Assembly (NCBI GenBank): GCA_963786865.1
Contig: CAWBAV010000023.1
Coordinates: 26,531 to 90,530, forward strand
DNA from: an uncultured delta proteobacterium
GTDB lineage: Bacteria > Myxococcota_A > Polyangia > Polyangiales > Houyiibacteriaceae
DNA: 64,000 nt
Reading direction: 5' to 3'
Shown here: piece by piece, positions 10,373 to 18,554 of the stretch
Numbering within the stretch: the first letter of the stretch is position 1
How the letters are laid out: each line of letters opens with the position of its first letter
Notes under the pieces: generated by a model
Database searches by the model: none
Seen by the model: only the letters and a program-made list of their open reading frames with translations
What the model was told of the DNA's origin: nothing
Program-made: the position numbers and the translations under genes

Positions 10373-11211
10373 ATGCTCCCGAGCCCTCTCATATCAGCCG
10401 CTGAGGTGCATTCCCTGCTCGATCGAGCCGTCATTCTCGATGTGCGAGCGGGCCCAGGCGCCGATCGCGCCTATGCGGCAGCACACCTGAGAGGCGCGAT
10501 CCATCTCGACCTCGAATGCCGCACTCACCGCGCCCGCGATCCATCCGGTCGGAGGGCGGCATCCGCTGCCCGGCACTGCGCGTCATGGCTCGAGCAGCCT
10601 CGGCGCCTGGGGCGTGCGCCTGGGCACGCCAGTCATCGTCTACGACAGCCGAGGGAGGCGGCATGGCCGCGGCCCGCGCATGGTGGATGCTGCGCGCGAT
10701 CGGTCACGAGTCCGTGGCCGTGATCGATGGCGGATGGCAGGCAGCTCGCGACGCCGGGCTACCCATCGAGTCGAACATCTCGACCCCGATCGCGTCGCGC
10801 GTGTATCCGCGCACCATCGACGATTGGCCGACCGTCGACGCAGATTGGGTCGAGCGAATTCGGGAGGACCCGACTTGGCGATTGATCGATGCACGCGCGC
10901 CGGAACGCTACCAGGGACGCAGCGAGCCTCTCGACCCGGTGGCCGGGCACATTCCAGGCGCACGCAATCTCCATTGGCAGTCGCAGCTGGACATCGATGG
11001 TCGGTTTCACTCGCCTTCAGAGCTTCGCAAGCGCTTCGCCGCGATCCTCGATGATGTGCCCGCCGATCGCGTCATCTGCTACTGCGGTTCGGGGGTCACG
11101 GCCTGCCATCTCCTCCTCGCCATGGACGCTTGCGGTTTGACTGGCGCGCGGCTCTATGTCGGCTCTTGGAGCGAGTGGTGCCGCCAGGGCCGTCCGCGTG
11201 CGGGGTGCTGA
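10373..11211 (+). pseudogene. sseA: 3-mercaptopyruvate sulfurtransferase (two rhodanese domains), interrupted by two +1 frame breaks
   Basis: The N-terminus (frame of 10373) reads MLPSPLISAAEVHSLL...AAHLRGAIHLDLE. The middle (frame of 10614) reads VGGRHPLPG...GVRLGTPVIVYDSRG. The C-terminus (frame of 10516) reads GGGMAAARAWWMLRAIGH...CYCGSGVTACH, with the active-site loop CGSGVTA. Frame changes lie near 10548 and 10665. Confidence 0.7.
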
Positions 11212-11248
11212 TGGCACCGCTCGCGCAAGGCACGCGAGATGCTATCTG

Positions 11249-12058
11249 ATGCAGGTGACCAACACGGTTTGGGAGTTCCCCCTCACCTTGCCTCGAAACG
11301 CGTTCACTGCGCGTGAGGCTCCGCGAGCAGGAGACATCTGGCGTCTCTGTCAGGACGTCGCGACGCTCGCGTCGATTCGCTCCGGATGGCCGCCCTCCCG
11401 GTTTCGCGCCGAGAAGGTCGCGTTCATCGTCTACAAGATGACCATGCTCCATCAGGCAGAAACGCCTTACGGCGCCGTGCTCGACACCAAGACCTGGGTG
11501 TCGCGCCTTCGCCGACGAACGCTCAGCACCCGCGAGGTACGCGTGCGAATCGGAGAGCAGCCGGTTGCGTCCGCCACCCAGGAATGGGTTCACGTCGATT
11601 TCGAGACGCAGAAACCGATGCAGGGCTCGCACGAGACCGCGGCGGCCTTTCCCGAGATCGAGATCGAGCCCTCGGTCACGATGCCTCGGTTCGACCCGCT
11701 GCCTGGATCCGAGGACGAGCTCGTCTTCGAGATGTGGCAGACCTGGTCCGATCCGCTCGCGCACGCCAATCATCCCCAGTACATCGACTGGTGCGACGAA
11801 TCGACTAGCCGTCACATGCTCGCGTCCGGACTCGATCCCGTTCTTCTTCAGCCGCTCGCCGAGCAGGTGACCTTTCGGAGCGCCGTGCTTCCTGGCGAAC
11901 GCGTCACCGTGCGAACGAAGCGGGTCGGAGTCATCGGGCGCAATGCCGTCGTCTTGAAGCATCATCTGACGACCGACCGCGGGCCCGCGGCGGATGCGGT
12001 GAGCGTGCGTTCTCTTGCCGAGGGAAGTGCGGAAGCCCTCATCTCAGCCTGGGATTGA
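11249..12058 (+). CDS. Acyl-ACP thioesterase-like protein (double hotdog fold)
   Basis: The layout resembles the acyl-ACP thioesterase family: IWRLCQDVATLASIRSG...TWVSRLRRRTLSTREVRV in the first half and SDPLAHANHPQYIDWCDEST in the second. Start MQVTNTVWEF. Confidence 0.6.
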   Translation: MQVTNTVWEFPLTLPRNAFTAREAPRAGDIWRLCQDVATLASIRSGWPPSRFRAEKVAFIVYKMTMLHQAETPYGAVLDTKTWVSRLRRRTLSTREVRVRIGEQPVASATQEWVHVDFETQKPMQGSHETAAAFPEIEIEPSVTMPRFDPLPGSEDELVFEMWQTWSDPLAHANHPQYIDWCDESTSRHMLASGLDPVLLQPLAEQVTFRSAVLPGERVTVRTKRVGVIGRNAVVLKHHLTTDRGPAADAVSVRSLAEGSAEALISAWD

Positions 12059-12061
12059 CCG

Positions 12062-12916
12062 GTGCGATCGGACTTTCCAAGCGGTACGTCCCTTCTGGTC
12101 TCCTTCGCGCGAGGCCTCGGAGTCGAAGACAAGACGCTCGATTCGCTAGCGGTAGAGCTCTTGCCACCTTGGCTCGGGCGCCTTGCGAGCGCGCCGCGGC
12201 ATCTGGGCGTGGCCGGGTCGCTCTATCGAAACGCCGTGCGAGCCTCGACCTTCGGTCTAGTCGACCATGCAGTCCTGCGCACTCAGGCCATCGACACACA
12301 CCTCGTTTCGGCTTTGCGTTCAGGTGTCGAGCAGGTCGTGATCCTGGGAGCGGGACTCGATGCACGTGCATGGAGGTTGCCTGAGCTTCGAGCCGCGACC
12401 GTCTTCGAAATCGATCATCCCGCCACGCAGCGCTACAAGCGGAAACGGATCGGCGACAGAGTCGCTCCCACCGAAGTTCGCTACGTTCCAGTCGATTTCG
12501 AGAAGGAGCGATTCTCGCCAGGCCTCGAACGTGCGGGGTTTCGGATGGGAGAACCGAGCGCGTGGATATGGGAAGGTGTCACGATGTATCTGCACCGGGA
12601 GGCCATCGAGCAGACTCTCGAGCAGTTGACCAGGCTCTCTGCTCCGGGAAGCGAGCTCGCTGTCACGTATCTCGTACCCAACAGGCTTCCCTTCGGGGCC
12701 CTCGGCCGTCTTGCGATCCCCGCCATGTTCAAAGCTGCGGGCGAACCGCTCAAGGGCGCGCTCGAACCTCGAGTGTTGGCCGCCACGATCGCACCAAGCT
12801 GGGAGCTGGTGTACGACGAGGACGCGCGCGGCTGGCAGGAGCTGACGGGCTCGCTCGCTCGTCCGCCGCAGACGTTCCGGTCGGAACGCCTGGCGGTCGC
12901 GAAGCGGAGGGCCTGA
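12062..12916 (+). CDS. Class I SAM-dependent methyltransferase (LCMT / putative O-methyltransferase family)
   Basis: VVILGAGLDARAWRL and WIWEGVTMYL motifs are typical of the leucine carboxyl methyltransferase-like family. GTG start lies 4 nt after the preceding stop. Confidence 0.75.
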   Translation: MRSDFPSGTSLLVSFARGLGVEDKTLDSLAVELLPPWLGRLASAPRHLGVAGSLYRNAVRASTFGLVDHAVLRTQAIDTHLVSALRSGVEQVVILGAGLDARAWRLPELRAATVFEIDHPATQRYKRKRIGDRVAPTEVRYVPVDFEKERFSPGLERAGFRMGEPSAWIWEGVTMYLHREAIEQTLEQLTRLSAPGSELAVTYLVPNRLPFGALGRLAIPAMFKAAGEPLKGALEPRVLAATIAPSWELVYDEDARGWQELTGSLARPPQTFRSERLAVAKRRA

Positions 12917-12919
12917 GCG

Positions 12920-13708
12920 ATGTGCACCATCATCGTTCGGCACGGGATGGACGACTGGTGCGCGACGATCATCGCGTCGAACAGAGACGAGTTCTATGAT
13001 CGGCCCGCATCGGCGCCCGGTATCCTGCGCCCGGACCCGCTCGTCGTCGGCGGACGCGACGAGCGCGAAGGCGGAACTTGGTTCGGGCTCACGCCCGATG
13101 GGTTTTTTGCCGGGCTCACGAACCAGAGGAATTTCGGAGCGCGGGACGATGCCCTTCTTTCGCGCGGCGGGCTCGTGGTCGACCTGCTCGCGAACGGCTC
13201 GCTCGAAGGGGCGAGGCGCTTCCTCGCTGGGATCGATGCTCGGAGCTACAACGAGTTCAATCTGATCTTCGGCGACGGAGCGAATGTTTGCGTGGCCTAT
13301 GGAAGGGGTGACTCGCGCGAGGTCGAGGTCGAGCCGCTTTCCAGCGGAGTCCACGTGCTCTGCAACGATCGGCTCGGTTCTGCCGAGTTTCCCAAGGCTG
13401 ACAAAGCGCGTGGGCGCATCGCCTCGATTCGGCCCGCACCCTGGCCGGAGGTTCGCGCAGGCCTGGTCGAAGTGCTCGCGGACCGCTCGCTTCCCGATCC
13501 GGCCGAGGTGCCCGCTCTTCCCGCCGGCGCACCCTTCGATCTGGAGGTCGCGCGGCACCTGCAGGCGATCTACGTCGAGACGCCCGTGTATGGCACCGTT
13601 TCATCGACGATCGCCGCGGTGAGCCCTGGACGCGTCCAGCAGTACCTGTTCACCGAGGGGCTCCCGTCCGAGGCCGGCTTCGAAGACATGATCGAGCTCA
13701 TCGGCTAA
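12920..13708 (+). CDS. NRDE family protein (TANGO2 homologue)
   Basis: N-terminal MCTIIV... followed by IIASNRDEFYDRP (the NRDE motif) and GGTWFGL. 262 aa. Confidence 0.8.
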   Translation: MCTIIVRHGMDDWCATIIASNRDEFYDRPASAPGILRPDPLVVGGRDEREGGTWFGLTPDGFFAGLTNQRNFGARDDALLSRGGLVVDLLANGSLEGARRFLAGIDARSYNEFNLIFGDGANVCVAYGRGDSREVEVEPLSSGVHVLCNDRLGSAEFPKADKARGRIASIRPAPWPEVRAGLVEVLADRSLPDPAEVPALPAGAPFDLEVARHLQAIYVETPVYGTVSSTIAAVSPGRVQQYLFTEGLPSEAGFEDMIELIG

Positions 13709-13838
13709 TTCGCACGTGCGCCTCGCAGCCCGCGCCGGCGTCAGCGCCGGCGTCGGCGCGCAAGCGATTTTCGGTCGCCGGGCCGAACGGGGCGGTGCCT
13801 ACATTGACCTTCGCCTGCATCACTGATAGCTGAACGGG

Positions 13839-14388
13839 ATGCGTGCGAAGATTTGGATCGTGGGCGGCTTGCTCTTGCTCTTGGGTCAGTTTGCGTCGCT
13901 CGGATGCGGCGGATCCGACAGCACTGTGTCCTGTGACGAGGGTGGCTGCGAATGCAGGGAGCGAACCTCCTGTTCTCTCGACTGTGCGGACATCGCCGGA
14001 TGTTTGCCGACCTGCACTGCGGTTCGGGACGACTGCGCTGCGACCTGCACGGCCGAGGATTGCGAGTTACAGGTGCCTCTCCGCGGACAACTGCGACGGG
14101 CTCTGTGGCGACAACTGTACCGTCCGGTGCAGCAGCGTGGAGCAAACGTGCAGGGCCGAGACCGGCGTCGATAGCCAAGTCCACTGCACCAACGTGAACA
14201 ACTGCGCCGCGGAGATCGGCGACGGTTCGTCGACCGAGTGTATCAACGTGACCAACTGTGTCGTTCGCTGCCTAGGCACCTGCACGGTCTCTTGTTCCAT
14301 CACGGAGTCTTGCAACATCGGTTGCCCGCAGGGGGAGCCTCAGAACTGCGGTGGAGGGCGCTACACCTGCGGCATGCCTTGCCCTTAG
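13839..14388 (+). pseudogene. Cys-rich secreted lipoprotein, one +1 frame break
   Basis: Lipoprotein signal MRAKIWIVGGLLLLLGQFASLGC followed by a short-period Cys repeat (SCSLDCADIAGCLPTCTAVRDDCAATCTAEDCELQ). The repeat continues in the +1 frame (CLSADNCDGLCGDNCTVRCSS...CGMPCP). The junction is near 14070. Confidence 0.6.
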
Positions 14389-14413
14389 GAATCGAGCGCG
14401 AGGGCGTGAGCCG

Positions 14414-15256
14414 CTACGGGCAGGCCCCGTCTTGCTTCACCGACACGCCCGCCGCTTTGGCCGAGCAGGCATTCGCGTAGGTCTTTCCGTCGCACCCACA
14501 GACCGGATTGTAGTCCGCCGTGCACGCCTGGGGACGGGGCTGACAGTTCCCGGGCTGGTTCGTGGCGCCGCACTTCGCCGCAGCGGGGTACTCGCAGAAT
14601 AGGCCAGTCGCGCAGCCGGGGCTGCCCGGCGCCCCGCACGCGTCCCCGATGCCACCGGCGGCGGCCGCCGCTGCGTCCTGACAAAGGCCGCGATGCCGGA
14701 TCGAGACGCCATGCGAGTGGGCTACGCAGTCGTTGCTGTAGTTGCGCCCGTCACAGCCACAGACCGGTGCCCATTCCTTGGTGCAAACGGTGGGCTGTTC
14801 CGTGCATGTCCCAGGGCCGGAGACCTCTCCGCAGTACTGCGCTTCGTCGTAACGACAGAAGAGTCCCGACGCGCAGGCTTCGCTCGCGCCGCCCGGGCCG
14901 CAGCTACCCGCCGGCCCCGCCGGGATCGCGGCATTCGGGCAGGCGCCGGCCAGTCTCGGTGAAACGCCATGCGAGTGGGCCACGCAGATGTTGAGATAGG
15001 TGCGCCCATCGCAGCCGCAGACCGGGCTGTAGTCCTGCGTGCAGGTGGTCGGCATCGGAAAGCAGGCCCCTTGAGCGCCCGTTTCACCGCATTCCGCGTT
15101 CTGCGCGTAGTGGCAGACGAACCCAGCGTCGCAGCTTGCCCCTGGAGCTCGGCTGCAGGCTCCCCCTGGTCGATCCGGGTAACGCGGCGCTTCGCCGGCC
15201 TTTGCGCAGCCGCCCAGGAGAGCGATACAGAAGATCCACACGGAAAGGCGTGCCAT
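14414..15256 (-). CDS. Lipoprotein with three tandem Kazal-type inhibitor-like domains
   Basis: Signal MARLSVWIFCIALLGGC. Three repeats contain PVCGCDGRTYLNICVAHSHG, PVCGCDGRNYSNDCVAHSHG and PVCGCDGKTYANACSAKAAG. Confidence 0.8.
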   Translation of the reverse strand: MARLSVWIFCIALLGGCAKAGEAPRYPDRPGGACSRAPGASCDAGFVCHYAQNAECGETGAQGACFPMPTTCTQDYSPVCGCDGRTYLNICVAHSHGVSPRLAGACPNAAIPAGPAGSCGPGGASEACASGLFCRYDEAQYCGEVSGPGTCTEQPTVCTKEWAPVCGCDGRNYSNDCVAHSHGVSIRHRGLCQDAAAAAAGGIGDACGAPGSPGCATGLFCEYPAAAKCGATNQPGNCQPRPQACTADYNPVCGCDGKTYANACSAKAAGVSVKQDGACP

Positions 15257-15298
15257 GTCTTCGTAGGTATCTCCGAACCGCGAGCGAGGCAAGGCCCA

Positions 15299-16171
15299 CT
15301 ACGCTGAGTAGAGGGCGTGTACGAGCTCTGGCACCAGCTCGCCCGCAGTACCGGCCAGAAACGCGCCGCGACCCGTTCGCTCTACGAGAGCGCTAAACGG
15401 ATTCGGCTCGGGGTTGACGACAATCATGGGAGCTCCTCGCTGCGCCGCGATGGTTCCGATGTGCATGGGCAGCGATGTGGCTCCAGTTGTGCCCACCACG
15501 ACCACGAGGGAGGCAAGCCGTGCCGCCTCGATCGAGCTCTGAAAACGAAAGTTGGGCTCGTCGTAGGTCTCGTCGAACCAAAGGACGTGCGGTCGTGCCA
15601 TCGCGCCGCAGGCAGGGCAGCACAACTGCTGGAGCTCATGCTCGGTGATCGAGCGCCCTTTGGCCCAGGCCAGATCGATGCCCTCGGGAATCGGCACCGG
15701 GGCAGGGAGGCATTCCTCGGTGCAGCGCATGAAATCGATGTTCCCGTGGATCTGGTAGGTGCGCTCGGGCGTGCTGCCAGCGCGCAAGTGAAGCCCGTCG
15801 ACGTTCTGCGTGACCAGCAAGAATCGCCTGCCCCCGCAGCGCTCGGCTTCGACGAGCGCGAGGTGCGCCGCGTTCGGCTCTGCGTTTCGGCAGACACTCC
15901 GCCGATAAAGGTACCAGGCCCAGACCTCCTCGGGCATCTGTCGGAACCTGGCCCGGGTGGCCATCTGCTCTGGCTGGTAGTTCCGCGAACCGACCCGCCA
16001 ATAGCCTTCCTCGCCTCGAAAGGTTGGGATCCCGCTCTCGGCAGAGACCCCGGCGCCCGTGAGCCAGAGGACCATCGTGTGGGGGCGGTTGACGAGATTT
16101 CTTGCCGAATCATCGAGCACGCGGAGGTGCCTAGTGGCATCGCGGCCCCTCGTCCACCGCTTGGTACCCAT
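15299..16171 (-). CDS. cobB: Sir2-family NAD-dependent protein deacylase (CobB-like)
   Basis: LTGAGVSAESGIPTFRG, QNVDGLH, HGN, and the zinc Cys pairs CTEEC...CPAC. Start set at MGTKRW (16171). The frame stays open to 16522. Confidence 0.85.
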   Translation of the reverse strand: MGTKRWTRGRDATRHLRVLDDSARNLVNRPHTMVLWLTGAGVSAESGIPTFRGEEGYWRVGSRNYQPEQMATRARFRQMPEEVWAWYLYRRSVCRNAEPNAAHLALVEAERCGGRRFLLVTQNVDGLHLRAGSTPERTYQIHGNIDFMRCTEECLPAPVPIPEGIDLAWAKGRSITEHELQQLCCPACGAMARPHVLWFDETYDEPNFRFQSSIEAARLASLVVVVGTTGATSLPMHIGTIAAQRGAPMIVVNPEPNPFSALVERTGRGAFLAGTAGELVPELVHALYSA

Positions 16172-16617
16172 GTCGCGCAATTGCCCGAGCGTGTCGCCGG
16201 CGCACGCTTGCCCTGGCGTCCGCTGCTCTCTAGAAGACACGGCAGCATCGGAACTTCCGCAGCACATGAAGAAACTCATCATGGCAGCGAGCTTCATCGC
16301 AGCGCTCGTCGCGTAACCGAAGTGACCCGGTACCAGCTGACGGATCGCGCGGGCGGCCGATTCCGGGTCGCCGTAACGGTGGAACAGGTCGCGGCTCCTC
16401 AGGTCTCGGGCCTCAATCCGCGACTTGAAATGCACGTGCGCAGCTACGAGATGCATGCCCACGGTCACGCACTTGCCGACCCGAGTCTTCCGCTTGCCCT
16501 GGAGGCGGCGCTCGAGTCGCACTCGTCCCCCGATATCGCGTTGGTCGCTCCGGAGGCAACGGAAACCCTCACGTCATCACGACGGTCCGTGCTACGACTG
16601 GTGTCGAAAAGCGAAAG

Positions 16618-17640
16618 GTGAGAACCGTGTTTCAGAAGCTCATGCTGGTCACGTCCCTGTTGGCGACCGCCGCCTGCCAGCCCCAATTTGCCCCGCAGAC
16701 CACTCAGGTCCCCGACGAGCAGCGTCCGCAGCGCGTCTTGCCAACGATTCGGGTCTTGGACGCCGGACTCACACCGCGTGCTCCACTTCGCTATAGGGTC
16801 CCGCCTGGAGCGAACGAAACGCTCTACCTGGAGCTAGCTCGTGCCAAGACGCTGCGGGTTGGCAACGAAGGAGGGCAGAGTGGAATGCCGCCCATTCAAC
16901 TCCAAGTTCAAATGGGACCTTCGGAGCCAACTCCCGAGGGTTTCATTCGTCATCCGGTCAAGATCACGCAGGTGCGCATCTCGAACGAGGCTCAGAAGAT
17001 GAGCCCGGCCCAACGCGAGCAAATGGAGAAGACGCTTGCGCCACTTTTGCACGTCGAGGGCTGGAGTGAGATGGACATTCAGGGCCGCGTGCGCCGGAGC
17101 GAATTCCGAGGACTTGAAGACGTGCCACCCGATCTGATCGCGATGCTGGGCAATATTCGCACGGCCTTGCTCACAGTACCGTTTCCCGACGAGCCCCTTG
17201 GAATCCGCGCACGCTGGGAAGTGGAGCGTAAGATGCAGCTCTCGGGCTTTTGGGCCGATCAGGTGGCGACCTATCACATCGTGAAGATGGACAGAGACCA
17301 GCTCGAGCTCCAGATCACGGCGCGGCAGTCTGCATCTCCGCAATCGCTGGGCAACGGTCGGCTCGAGGCGTATCAAGTCTCGGTGATCGGCTCCGCGATC
17401 GTACGACTGGGTTCCCTCAGCGCTGTCTCCGAGGCGGAAGCCACTTCGCAGATGCGCATCCAGCAGAGGACCGGCTCCGGATCGCAACTCCTGCAGGTCG
17501 ACTCGCGAACCATGGTCAGACTCCATCCCGCCGACCCCGGGAACGAGCTTGGCGCCCAAGAGCCCGCGCAGGAGGCTGTTGATCAGGACGACGCGAAGGT
17601 GATCACGGATCCGGGCCAGCAGAAGCTCAAGTGGCGATGA
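16618..17640 (+). CDS. Hypothetical lipoprotein
   Basis: GTG start and signal MRTVFQKLMLVTSLLATAAC (lipobox). 340 aa with coding-like composition and no recognisable motif. Confidence 0.6.
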   Translation: MRTVFQKLMLVTSLLATAACQPQFAPQTTQVPDEQRPQRVLPTIRVLDAGLTPRAPLRYRVPPGANETLYLELARAKTLRVGNEGGQSGMPPIQLQVQMGPSEPTPEGFIRHPVKITQVRISNEAQKMSPAQREQMEKTLAPLLHVEGWSEMDIQGRVRRSEFRGLEDVPPDLIAMLGNIRTALLTVPFPDEPLGIRARWEVERKMQLSGFWADQVATYHIVKMDRDQLELQITARQSASPQSLGNGRLEAYQVSVIGSAIVRLGSLSAVSEAEATSQMRIQQRTGSGSQLLQVDSRTMVRLHPADPGNELGAQEPAQEAVDQDDAKVITDPGQQKLKWR

Positions 17641-17747
17641 GCCGTGGACCCAGCGTCGAGTCGTCGAGCGGAGCTCGACCCAGATTCACGAGTCCTAGGC
17701 TTTGTTCGCCCATTCCGCTGCTCCGCATTTTCGGTTACGATCGAACC

Positions 17748-18551
17748 ATGATGCGTATTTTCGCCTGCTGGGGCGCCGCGATGCTGGTCGCGGGCTGTCG
17801 GAACGCGGAGGCACCGAGCCAGGATGCGCAGCTCGATTCGGCGAACGAGGCGCGCAGCGAGGGTTCGCAGATGCCCATCGAGACGCCGGCGCTCGAGTGG
17901 CGCGATCAAGAACGGGCTCCCGCGGAGAACCTCGCCGTCGTGGAAGACCCGGTTGCCCCGTCCGCCGCGGACATCGCTGCGGCCGCGGAGAGCCCCGCAG
18001 CCGCGGCGAACGCTCAGCAAGACGAAAGCACCCAGCGCGACCTGGCCGCGGAGCTCAATGCTGCTCTAGGAATTCCCGACGACTGCCTGCAGGATTTCCA
18101 GGCTGCTGGACCTAGGACGATTCAAGTTCAAGTGAGCGCCACTGTGCGCCCCTCCGGAGTCATCATCAGTCCTTCAGCGTCCGGCGTGGGTCTCAGCTCG
18201 AGGGAAAGGCAGTGCATCGCGGCAAGGGTCGGCGCGATTTCGTTGAGACCGTTGGACGAGGACGTTTCGCGTCGAGTCTCCACGGAGATCGCGATCGCGT
18301 ACAGGCCTCCTGCGGTCGCCGTTCCGAGCTCCGGAGTCCCTGAGCCACAACTGAGAAACGTCCGAGACCCCTTGCCGCAGGGCCCGGATATCGCTCCTTC
18401 TGGGCGGCCGATCGAAGATCGGGCGGGTAGGCCGATTCCGGAGCCGAACGCCAGGCCCATCCAGGACCGAAGCTCCCGCGACACTCGAAGCCGCAAGCCT
18501 AGAGCGATCGACGGCCACGAGATCGATGACGGCGCCGAAGAGTGGAGATAG
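17748..18551 (+). CDS. Hypothetical lipoprotein with Pro/Arg-rich C-terminus
   Basis: Signal MMRIFACWGAAMLVAGC. C-terminal repeats GRPIEDRAGRPIPEPNARPIQDR. Confidence 0.55.
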   Translation: MMRIFACWGAAMLVAGCRNAEAPSQDAQLDSANEARSEGSQMPIETPALEWRDQERAPAENLAVVEDPVAPSAADIAAAAESPAAAANAQQDESTQRDLAAELNAALGIPDDCLQDFQAAGPRTIQVQVSATVRPSGVIISPSASGVGLSSRERQCIAARVGAISLRPLDEDVSRRVSTEIAIAYRPPAVAVPSSGVPEPQLRNVRDPLPQGPDIAPSGRPIEDRAGRPIPEPNARPIQDRSSRDTRSRKPRAIDGHEIDDGAEEWR

Positions 18552-18554
18552 TCA

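Noticed and set aside
15299-16171. Sir2-domain protein considered as a possible anti-phage defence effector (Thoeris/DSR-like).
   Set aside because: It has the full sirtuin deacylase motif set, including the Zn-binding CxxC pairs. It is small, has no SLOG, TIR or helicase partners, and has ordinary neighbours.
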